Shown in pieces: positions 25,014 through 37,100 of a stretch of DNA of 64,000 bases (the first letter of the stretch is position 1; each line of letters opens with the position of its first letter). Source of the DNA: Stegostoma tigrinum (Eukaryota); contig NC_081387.1 in the NCBI RefSeq assembly GCF_030684315.1, positions 6,428,497 through 6,492,496 of the forward strand, read 5' to 3'. Below the pieces are notes generated by a model. It was not told where the DNA came from. It made no database searches and was given only the letters and a program-made list of their open reading frames with translations. Both the position numbers and the translations under genes were made by a program.

Positions 25014-25050
25014 CTCTCTGATGAAGGGTCTAGGCCCGAAACGTCAGCTT
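25014..25050 (+). ncRNA. Minimal hammerhead ribozyme motif in the Penelope pLTR
   Basis: CTGATGA-A-GGG-TCTAGG-CCC-GAAA-CGTC: conserved core, 3-bp helix II, and a palindromic ACGT in place of helix III, as described for Penelope-like elements. The mirror copy at 21703-21738(-) has GAAATGTC. Confidence 0.75.
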
Positions 25051-25199
25051 TTGTGCTCCTGAGATGCTGCTTGGCCTGCTGTGTTCATCCAGCCTCACAT
25101 TTTATTATCTTGGATTCTCCAACATCTGCAGTTCCCATTATCACTGCTTCAGTACAAACGCCCGAGGACTGGTGCAGTCCCTGAGTACTGGCAATCAGG

Positions 25200-28100
25200 C
25201 TATGCAGCAGTCGCTCAGGTCTGGCCCTCTGACAGTGAAGCATTCCCTCAGTACTGACCCTCTGAGAGTGCAGCACTCCCTCAGTACTGACCCTCTGAGA
25301 GTGCAGCACTCCCTCAGTACTGACTCTCTGAGAGTGCAGCAATCCCTCAGTCCTGACTCTCTGACAGCAGTAGCACTCCCTCAGCACTGACCCTCTGACA
25401 GTGAAGCATTCGCTCTGTACTGATACCCTGACAGTGCTGCATTCCCTCAGTGCTAGCCCACTGATAGCGCAGCACTTCCTTAGTACTGATCCTCTGACAG
25501 TGCGACACTCCGTCATGACTGACCCTCTGACAGTGAAGAATTCCCTACGTATTTATCCTCTGACTGTACAGCACTCCCTCAGTGCTGACCCTCTGACAGT
25601 GCAGCTGTCCCTCAGTACTGACCCTCTGACAGTGCAGCAAATCCCTCAGTACTGACCCTCTGACAGTGAAGCACTCCCTCAGTACTGACACTCTTACAGT
25701 TCGGATCTCCCTCAGTACTGACCCTTTGACAGTTCAGCACTCCCTCTGCACTGACCCTCCGACAGTTCGGCCTTCCCTCAGTACTGACTCTCTGACAGTG
25801 CAGCTGTCCCTCGGTACTGACCCACTGACAGTGCAGCACTCCCTCAGTACTGACCCGCTGACAGTGCTGCACTCCCTCATGACTGACCCTCTGGCAGTGA
25901 AGAATTCCCTCAGTACTTATACTGTGACTGTACAGCATTCCCTCAGCACTGAACTTCTGATAGTGCAGCACTTCCTCAGTCCTGACCATTTAACAGTTCG
26001 GATCTCCCTCAGCACTGACCCTCTGACGGTGCTGCACTTCCTCTGCACTGACCCTCCGACTGTTCGGCCCTCCCTCAGTACTGACACTCTGACAGTGCAG
26101 CACTCCCTCAGCACTGACCCTCTGACAGTGCAGCTGTCCCTCGGTACTGACCCTCTGACAGTGCGGCACTCCCTCAGTACGGACACTCTGACAGTGCGGC
26201 ACTCCCTCAGTACGGACACTCTGACAGTGCTGCACTCCCTCAGTACTGACCCTCTGACAGTGCAGCACTCCCTCAGTACTGACCATCTGACAGTGCGGCA
26301 CCCACTCAACACTGACCCTCTGACAGTGCGGCACTCCCTCAGTACTGACCCTCTGACAGTGCAGCACTCCCTCAGTACTGACCCTATGACAGTGCAGCCC
26401 TCCCTCACCACTGACCCTCTGACAGTTAAGTTCTCCCTCCGTACTGACCCTGTGACAGTGTGACACTCCCTCAGTACTGATCCTCTGACTGTACAGCACT
26501 CCCTCAGCACTGACCCTCTGACAGTTAAGCTCTCCCTCCGTACTGACCCTGTGACAGTGTGACACTCCCTCAGTACTGATCCTCTGACTGTACAGCACTC
26601 CCACAGCGCTGGCCCTCTGACAGTGCAGCTCTCCCTCAGCACTGACCATCTAACAGTGTGACACTCCCTCAGTACTGACCATCTGACAGTGCGGCACTCC
26701 CTCAGAACTGACCCTCTGACAGTGCTGCAATCCCTCAGCACTGACCCTCTGACAGTTAAGCTCTCCCTCAGTACTGACCATGTGACAGTGTGACACTCCC
26801 TCAGTACTGACACTCTGACTGTGCAACACTCCCTCAGTACTGACCCTCTGACAGTGCGGCACTCCCACAGTACTGACCCTCTGAGAGCACATCACTCCCT
26901 CAGTACTGACCCTCTGACAATGCAGCTGTCCCTCGGTACTAACCCTCTGACAGTGCGGTACTCCCTCAGTCCGGACCCTCTGACAGTGCAACACTCCCTC
27001 AGTACTGACACTCTGACAGTGCGGCACTCCCTCAGTACTGACACTCTGACAGTGCGGCACTCCCTCAGTACTGACCCTCTGACAGTGCGGCACTCCCTCT
27101 GCACTGACCCTCTGACAGTGCAGCACTCCCTCAGTACTGACCCTATGACAGAGTGGCACTCCCTCAGTACTGACCCTCTGACAGTGCGGCACTCCCTCAG
27201 TACTGACCCTCTGACAGTGCAGCACTCCCTCAGTACTGACCCTATGACAGTGCAGCCCTCCCACAACACTGACATCGAACAGTGCTGCAATCCCTCTGCA
27301 CTGACCCACTTGGGAGTGCAGCACTCCCTCAGTACTGACCCTCTGACAGTGCAGCACACCCTGAGCACTGACCCTCTGACAGTGAAGCATTCGCTCTGTA
27401 CTGATCCCCTGACAGTGCGGCACTCCCTCAGTACTGACCATCTGACAGTGCGGCAGTCCCTCAGTACTGGCCCAGTGATAGCGCAGCACTTCCTTAGTAC
27501 TGACCCTCTGACAGTGCAGCACTCCCTCATGACTGACCCTCTCACAGTGAAGAACTCCCTCAGTACTTATCCTCTGACTGTACAGCATTCCCTCAGTACT
27601 GACCGTCTGACAGTGCGGCACTCCCTCAGTACTGACCCTCTGACAGTGCAGGACTCCCTCATGACTGACCCTCTGACAGTGCGGCACTCCCTCAGTACTG
27701 ACCCTCTGACAGTGCAGGACTCCCTCATGACTGACCCTCTGACAGTGCGGCACTCCCTCAGTACTGACCCTCTGACAGTGCAGCACCCCCTCAACAGTGA
27801 ACCTCTGACAGTGCAGCAGTCCCTCAGTACTGACCCTCTGACAGTGCGGCACTCCCTCAACACTGACCTCTAACAGTGCTGCACTGCCTCAGTACTGACC
27901 CTCTGACAGTGCAGCTCTCCCTCAGTACTGACCCTCTGACAGTGCGGCACTCCCTCAGTACTGACACTCTGATAGTGCGGCATTCCCTCAATACTGACCC
28001 TCTGACAGTGCAGCACTCCCTCAGTACTGACCCTCTGACAGTGCAGCACTCCCTCAGTACTGACACTCTGACAGTGCAGCACTCCCTCAGTACTGACCCT

Positions 28101-31100
28101 CCAACAGTGCAGCTGTCCCTCGGTACTGACCCTTTGACAGTGCGGCCCTCCCTCAACACTGACCTCTAACAGTGCTGCACTGCCTCAGTGCTGACCCTCT
28201 GACAGTGCGGCACTCCCTCAGTACTGACCCTCTGACAGTGCAGCACTCCCTCAGTACTGACCCTCTGACAGTGCCGCACTCCCTCATAACTGACCATCTG
28301 ACAGTGCAGCTGCCCCTCGGTACTGACCCTCTAACAGTGCTGCACTCCCTCAGCACTGACCTTCTGACAGCGAAGCATTCGCTCTGTACTGATCCCCTAA
28401 CAGTGCTGCTCTCCCTCAGTACTGACCATCTGACAGTGTGGAACTCCCTCATGAGTGACCCTCTGAGAGTTAAGAATTCCCTTCGTACTGATCCTGTGAC
28501 TGTACAGCACTCCCTCAGCGCAGGTCCTCTGACAGTGCGGCTCTCCCTCTGCACTGACCATCTAACAGTGCTGCAGTCCCTCAGTACTGACTGTCTACCA
28601 GTGCTGCATTCCCTCTTCACTGACCCTCTGACAGTGCAGCTCTCCCTCTGTACTGACACTCTGACCGTGCGACAATCTCTCAGTACTGACCCTCTGACAG
28701 TGCAGCTGTCCCTCGGTACTAACCCTCTGACAGTGCAGCACTCCCTCAGTACTGACCCTCTGACAGTGCAGCACTCCCTCAGTACTGACCCTCTGACAGT
28801 GCAGCACTCCCTCAGTACTGACCCTCTGACAGTGCAGCTGTCCCTCGGTACTAACCCTCTGACAGTGCGGCACTCCCTCAGTACTGACCCTCTGACAGTG
28901 CGGCAGTCCCTGTGCACTTACACTCTGGCAGTGCGGCACCTCCTCAACAGTGAACCTCTGACAGTGCTGCTCTCCCTCAGTACTGACCATCTGACAGTGT
29001 GGAACTCCCTCATGAGTGACCCTCTGAGAGTTTAGAATTCCCTGATCCTGTGACTGTACAGCACCCCCTCAGCACTGACCATCTAACAGTGCTGCAGTCC
29101 CTCAGTATTGACCATCTGACAGTGCGGCACTCCCTCAGTACTGACCCTCTGACAGTGCGGCTCTCCCTCAGTACTGACCCTCTGACAGTGCACAATTCCC
29201 TCATGACTGACCCTCTGACAGTGCCGCAGTCCCTGTGCACTGACCCTCTGGCAGTGCGGCACCCCCTCAACAGTGAACCTCTGACAGTGCAGCAGTCCCT
29301 CAGTACTGACCCAATGACAGTGCAGCTGTCCCTCGATACTAACCCTCTGACAGTGCCACACTCACTCTGCACTGGCCCTCTGGCAGTGCGGCACTCCCTC
29401 AGCACTGATCCTCTGACAGTGCTGCACTCCCTCAGTACTGACCCACTGACAGTGCAGGACTCCCTCAGTACTGGCTCACTGTCAGTGCGGCACTCCCTCT
29501 GCACTGACCATCTGACAGTGCAGCATTCCCTCAGTACTGACCCCCTGACAGTGCAGCATTCCCTCAGTACTGACCCCTCTGACAGTGCAGCACTCCCTGA
29601 ACACTGACCCTCTGACAGTGAAGCAATCGATCTATACTGATCCCCTGACAGTGCTGCACTCCCTCAGTACTGACCATCTGACAGTGCGGCAGTCCCTCAT
29701 GACTGACCGTCTGACAATGCCGCAGACCCTGTGCACTGACCCTCTGGCAGTGCGGCACCCCCTCAACAGTGAACCTCTGACAGTGCAGCAGTCCATCAGT
29801 ACTGACCCTCTAACAGTGCGGCACTGCCTCAGTACTGACCCTCTGACAGTGCAACACTCCCTCAGTACTGACACTCTGACAGTGCGGCACTCCCACAGTA
29901 CTGACCCTCTGACAGAGCTGCACTCCCTCAATACTGACCCTCTGACAGTGCCGCAGTCCCTGTGCACTGACCCTCTGGCAGTGCGGCACCCCCTCAACAG
30001 CGAACCTCTGACAGTGCAGAGCTCCCTCAATACTGACCCTATGACAGTGCAGCCCACTATCAACACTGAACTCTAACAGTGCTGCACTGCCTCAGTGCTG
30101 ACCCTCTGACAGTGTGACACTCCGTCAGTACGGACCCTCTGACAGTGCAGCTGTCCCTCGGTACTGACCCTCTGACAGTGCAGCACTCCCTCAGTACTGA
30201 CCCTCTGACAGTGCGGCACTCCCTCAGTACTGACCCTCTGACAGTGCAGCACTCCCTCAGTACTGACCCTCTGACAGTGCAGCACTCCCTCAGTACTGAC
30301 GCTCTGACAGTGCAGCACTCCCTCAGTACTCACCCTCTGATAGTGCGGCAGTCCCTCAGTACTGACCCTCTGACAGTGCGGCACTCCCTCAGTACTTATC
30401 CTCTGAGTGTACAGCATTCCCTCGGTACTGACCATCTGACAGTGCAGCACTACCTCAGTACTGACCCTCTGACAGTGCAGCACTCCCTCAGTACTCACCC
30501 TCTGATAGTGCGGCAGTCCCTCAGTACTGGCCCAGTGATAGCGCAGCACTTCCTTAGTACTGACCCTCTGACAGTGCAGCACTCCCTCAGTACTGACCCT
30601 CTGACAGTGCGGCACTCCCTCAGTACTGACCCTCTGACAGTGCACCATTCCCTCATGACTGACCCTCTGACAGTGCCGCAGTCCCTGTGCACTGACCCTC
30701 TGGCAGTGCAGCACTCCCTCAACAGTGACCCTCTGACAGTGCAGCACTCCCTCAGTACTGACCCTATGACAGTGCGGCCCTCCCTCAACACTGACATCTG
30801 ACAGTGCTGCACTGCCTCAGTGCTGACCATCTGACAGTGCAGCACTCCCTCAATACTGACCCTCTGACAGTGCCGCACTCCTTCTGCACTGACCTTCTGG
30901 CAGTGCGACACCAGCTCAACACTGACCGTCTGACAGTGCGGCACTCCCTCTGTACTGACCCTCTCACAGTGATGCACTCCCACAGTACTGACCCTCTGAC
31001 ATTGCAGCTGTCCCTCGGTACTAACCCTCTGACAGTGCCACACTCCCTCAGTACTGAGCCTCTGACAGTGCTGCACTCCCTCTGCACTGGCCCTCTGGCA

Positions 31101-34100
31101 GTACGGCACTCCCTCAGCAGTGACCCTCTGACAGGGCAGCAATCCCTCAGTACTGACCCACTGTCAGTGCGACACTCCCTCTGCACTGACCCTCTGACAG
31201 TGCAGCACTCCCTGAGCACTGACCCTCTCACAGTGAAGCATTCGATCTGTACTGATCCCCTGACAGTGCTGCACTCCCTCAGTACTGACCGTCTGACAGT
31301 GCGGCAGTCCCTGTGCACTGACCCTCTGGCAGTGCGGCACCCCCTCAACAGTGAACCTCTGACAGTGCAGCAGTCCCTCAATACTGACCCTCTAACAGTG
31401 CGGCACTCCCTCAGTACTGACCCTTTGACAGTGCAACACTCCCTCAGTACTGACACTCTGACAGTGCGGCACACCCACAGTACTGACCCTCTGACAGTGC
31501 TGCACTCCCTCAATACTGACCCTCTGACAGTGCCGCAGTCCCTGTGCACTGACCCTCTGGCAGTGCGGCACCCCCTCAACAGCGAACCTCTGACAGTGCA
31601 GCACTCCCTCAGTACTGTCCCTCTGACAGTGCAGCACGCCCTGAGCACTGACCCTCTCACAGTGAAGCATTCGCTCTGTACTGATCCCCTGACAGTGCTG
31701 CATTCCCTCAGTACTGGCCCACTGACAGAGCAGCACTTCCTTAGTACTGATCCTCTGACAGCGCAGCAATCCCTCATGACAGACCCTCTGACAGTGAAGA
31801 ATTCCCTCAGTACTGAACTTCTGACATTGAGGCACTCCCTCAGTACTGACCCTCTGACAGTGCAGCACTCCCTCAGTACTGACACTCTGACAGTGCAGCA
31901 CTCCCTCAGTACTGACACTCTGATAGTGCAGCACTCCCTCAGTACTGACACTCTGACAGTGCGGCACTCCCTCAGTACTGACCCTATGACAGTGCGGCAC
32001 TCCCTCAGTACTGACCCTCTGACAGTGCAGCACTCCCTCAGTACTGACACTCTGACAGTGCGGCGCTCCCTCAGTACTGACCCTCTGACAGTGCTGCACT
32101 CCCTCAGCACTGACCCTCTGACAGTGCAGCACTCCCTCAGTACTGACACTCTGACAGTGCGGCACTCCCTCAGTACTGACCCTATGACAGTGCAGCTGTC
32201 CCTTAGTACTGACCCTCTGACATTGAGGCACTCCCTCAGTACTGACCCTCTGACAGTGCTGCACTCCCTCAGTACTGACCCTCTGACAGTGCCACAGTCC
32301 CTGTGCACTGACCCTCTGGCAGTGCGGCACCCCAACGACAGTGAACCTCTGATAGTGCAGCACTCCCTCAGTACTGACCCTATGACAGTGCGGCACTCCC
32401 TCAACACTGACATCTAACAGTACTGCACTGCCTCTGTGCTGACCCTCTGACAGTGTGACACTCAGTCAGTACTGACCCTCTGACAGTGCAGCACTCCCTC
32501 AGTATTGAGACTCTGACAGCGCGGCACTCCCTCAATACTGACCCTCTGACATTGCTGCACTGTCTCAATACTGACCCTCTGACAGTGCTGCACTCCCTCT
32601 GCACTGATCCTCTGGCAGTGCGGCACTCCTTCAGTACTGATCCTCTGAAAGTGCAGCATTCACTCAGTTCTGTCCCACTGACAGTGCAGCATTCCCTCAG
32701 TACTGACCCACTGACAGTGCGGCACTCCCTCTGCACTGACCCTCTGCCAGTGCAGCACTCCCTCAGTACAGACCCTCTGGCAGTGCAGCACTCCCTCAGT
32801 ACTGACCCTCGGACAGTGCAGTACTCCCTGAGCACTGACCCTCTCACAGTGAAGCATTCGCTCTGTACTGATTCCCTGACAGTGCTGCACTCTCTCAGTA
32901 CTGGCCCACTGACAGTGCAGCACTCCCTTAGTACTGACCCTCTGACAGTGCGGCACTCCCTCAGTACTGACTGTCTGACAGTGCAGCACTCCCTCAGTAC
33001 TGACCCTGTGACAGTGCGGCCCACCCTCAACACTGACCTCTAACAGTGCTGCACTGCCTCAGTGCTGACCATCTGATAGTGTGACACTGCCTCAGTACTG
33101 TCCCTCTGACAGTGCAGCACTCCCTCAGTACTGACACTCTGACAGTGCAGCACTCCCTCAATACTGACCCTCTGACAGTGCCTCACTCCCTCAGGACTGA
33201 CCCTCTGACAGTGAAGCATTCGCTCTGTACTGATCCCCTGACAGTGCTGCACTCCCTCAGTACTGACCATCTGACAGTGCGGCAGTCCCGCATGACTGAC
33301 CCTCTGAGAGTGAGGAATTCCCTCAGTACTGATCCTCTGACTGTACAGCACTCCCTCAGCACTGACCCTCTGACAGTGCGGCTCTCCCCCAGCACTGACC
33401 AGCGAACAGTGCTGCACTCCCTCAGTACTGACCGTCTAACAGGGCTGCGCTCCCTCAGCACTGACCCTCTGACACTGCAGCACTACCCCAGTACTGACCC
33501 TCTGACAGTGCAGCACTCCTTCAGTACTGGCACTCTGACAGTGCGGCACTCCCTCAATACTGACCCTCTGACAGCCCCGCACTCCCTCTGCACGGACCTT
33601 CTGGCAGTGGGGCACCCGCTCAACACTGACATTCTGACAGTGCAGCTCTCCCTCAGTACTGACCCGCTGACAGTGCGGCACTCCCTCAGGACTGACCCTC
33701 TGACAGTGCCGCACTCCCAAAATACAGACCCTCTGACAGTGCAGCACTCCCTCAATACTGACCCTCTGACAGCCCCGCACTCCCTCTGCACGGACCTTCT
33801 GGCAGTGGGGCACCCGCTCAACACTGACATTCTGACAGTGCAGCTCTCCCTCAGTACTGACCCGCTGACAGTGCGGCACTCCCTCAGGACTGACCCTCTG
33901 ACAGTGCAGCACTCCCAAAATACAGACCCTCTGACAGTGCAGCACACCCTCAATACTGACCCTCTGACAGCCCCGCACTCCCTCTGCACGGACCTTCTGG
34001 CAGTGGGGCACCCGCTCAACACTGACATTCTGACAGTGCAGCTCTCCCCCAGATCTGACCCGCTGACAATGCGGCACTCCCTCAGGACTGACCCTCTGAC

Positions 34101-37100
34101 AGTGCCGCACTCCCAAAATACAGACCCTCTGACATTGCGGCACTCCCTCAGTACTGACCCTCTGACAGTGCAGCACTGCGTCATTACTGACTCTCTGACA
34201 GTGCCGCACTCCCTCGGTACTGACCCTCCGTCAGTGTGACATTCCGTCAGCACTGTCCCTCTGACAGTGCGGCACTCCCTCAGTACTGAACCTCGGACAG
34301 TGGGACACTCCCTCAGTACTGACCCTGTGACAGTGCAGCACTCCATCAGTACTGACCCTCTGACAGTGTGACACTCCCTCAGTACTGACACTCTGACAGT
34401 GCGGCACTCCCTCAGTACTGACCCTCTGACAGTGCGGCACTCCATCAGTACTGACCCTCTGACAGTGTGACACTCCCTCAGTACTGACACTCCGACAGTG
34501 CGGCACTCCCTCAGTACTGACCCTCTGACAGTGCGGCGCTCCCTCAGTACTGACACTCTGACAGTGCGGCGCTCCCTCAGTACTGACGCTCTGACAGTGC
34601 AGCAATCCCTCAGTGCTGACACTCTGACAGTGTGAAACTCTCTCAGTACTGACCCCCTGACAGTGCAGCAATCCCTCAGTACTGACACTCTGACAGTGTG
34701 AAACTCTCTCAGTACTGACCCCCTGACAGTGCAGCACTCCCTCAGTACTGACACTGTGACAGTGCGAAACTCCCTCAATACTGACCCTCTGACAGTGCAG
34801 CACTCCCTCAATACTGACCCTCTGACAGTGCCGCAGTCCCTGTGCACTGACCCTCTGGCAGTGCGGCACGCCCTCAACAGCGAACCTCTGACAGTGCAGC
34901 ACTCCCTCATGACTGACCCTCTGACAGTGAAGAATTCCCTCAGTACTTATCCTCTGACTGTACAGCACTCCCTCAGTACTGACCATCTGACAGTGAAGCA
35001 CTCCCTCAGTACTGACCCTCTGACAGTGCGGCACTCCCTCAGTACTGACCCTCTGACAGTGCGGCACTCCCTCAGTACTGACACTCTGACAGTGCGGCGC
35101 TCCCTCAGTACTGACGCTCTGACAGTGCAGCAATCCCTCAGTACTGACACTCTGACAGTGTGAAACTCTCTCAGTACTGACCCCCTGACAGTGCAGCACT
35201 CCCTCAGTACTGACACTGTGACAGTGCGAAACTCCCTCAATACTGACCCTCTGACAGTGCAGCACTCCCTCAATACTGACCCTCTGACAGTGCCGCAGTC
35301 CCTGTGCACTGACCCTCTGGCAGTGCGGCACGCCCTCAACAGCGAACCTCTGACAGTGCAGCACTCCCTCATGACTGACCCTCTGACAGTGAAGAATTCC
35401 CTCAGTACTTATCCTCTGACTGTACAGCACTCCCTCAGTACTGACCATCTGACAGTGAAGCACTCCCTCAGTACTGACCCTCTGACAGTGCGGCACTCCC
35501 TCAGTACTGACCCTGTGACAGTGCAGCACTACCTCAGTACTGACCCTCTGACAGTGTGGCACTCCCTCAGTACTGACCCTCTGACAGTGCACCATTCCCT
35601 CATGACTGACCCTCTGACAGTGCCGCAGTCCCTGTGCACTGACCCTCTGGCAGTGCAGCACTCCCTCAACAGTGACCCTCTGACAGTGCAGCACTCCCTC
35701 AGTACTGACCCTCTGACAGTGCAGCACTCCCTCAGTATTGACCCTATGACAGTGCGGCCCTCCCTCAACACTGACATCTGACAGTGCTGCACTGCCTCAG
35801 TGCTGACCATCTGACAGTGCCGCACTCCCTCAGTACTGACCCTCTCACAGTGATGCACTCCCACAGTACTGACCATCTGACAGTTTGGCCCTCCCTCAGT
35901 CCTGACCCTCTGACATTGCAGCTGTCCCTCGGTACTAACCCTCTGACAGTGCCACACTCCCTCAGTACTGAGCCTCTGATAGTGCTGCACTCCCTCTGCA
36001 CTGGCCCTCTGGCAGTACGGCACTCCCTCAGCAGTGACCCTCTGACAGGGCAGCAATCCCTCAGTACTGACCCACTGTCAGTGCGGCACTCCCTCTGCAC
36101 TGACCCTCTGGCAGTGCAGCACTCCCTCAGTACTGACCCTCTGAAAGTGCAGCACTCCCTCAGCACTGACCCTCTCACAGTGAAGCATTCGATCTGTATT
36201 GATCCCCTGACAGTGCTGCACTCCCTCAGTACTGACCATCTGACAGTGCGGCAGTCCCTCATGACTGACCGTCTGGCAGTGCCGCAGTCCCTGTGCACTG
36301 ACCCTCTGGCAGTGCGGCACCCCCTCAACAGTAAACCTCTGACAGTGCAGCAGTCCCTCAGTACTGACCTTCTAACAGTGCGGCACTCCCTCAGTACTGA
36401 CCCTTTGACAGTGCAACACTCCCTCAACACTGACATCTAACAGTGCTGCACTGCCTCTGTGCTGACCCTCTGACAGTGTGACACTCAGTCAGTACTGACC
36501 CTCTGACAGTGCAGCACTCCCTCAGTATTGAGACTCTGACAGTGCGGCACTCCCTCAATACTGACCCTCTGACATTGCTGCACTGTCTCAATACTGATCC
36601 TCTGACAGTGCTGCACTCCCTCTGCACTGACCCTCTGGCAGTTCGGCACTCCTTCAGTACTGATCCTCTGAAAGTGCAGCATTCACTCAGTTCTGACCCA
36701 CTGACAGTGCGGCTCTCCCTCTGCACTGACCCTCTGGCAGTGCAGCACTCCCTCAGTACAGACCCTCTGGCAGTGCAGCACTCCCTCAGTACTGACCCTC
36801 GGACAGTGCAGTACTCCCTGAGCACTGACCCTCTCACAGTGAAGCATTCGCTCTGTACTGATTCCCTGACAGTGCTGCACTCTCTCAGTACTGGCCCACT
36901 GACAGTGCAGCACTCCCTCAGTACTGACCCTGTGACAGTGTGGCCCACCCTCAACACTGACCTCTAACAGTGCTGCACTGCCTCAGTGCTGACCCTCTGA
37001 TAGTGTGACACTGCCTCAGTACTGTCCCTCTGACAGTGCGGCACTCCCTCAGTACTGAACCTCTGACAGTGCGTCACTCCCTCAGTACTGACCCTCTGAC

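Larger units (their letters stand above)
21643..25141. mobile_element. Penelope-like retroelement (RT + GIY-YIG), rearranged insertion with two inverted 3' arms
   Basis: Left arm on - strand 21643-23337; right part on + strand 23338-25141. Flanked by the direct repeat CACTGCTTCAGTACAA at 21627-21642 and 25142-25157. Confidence 0.95.
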
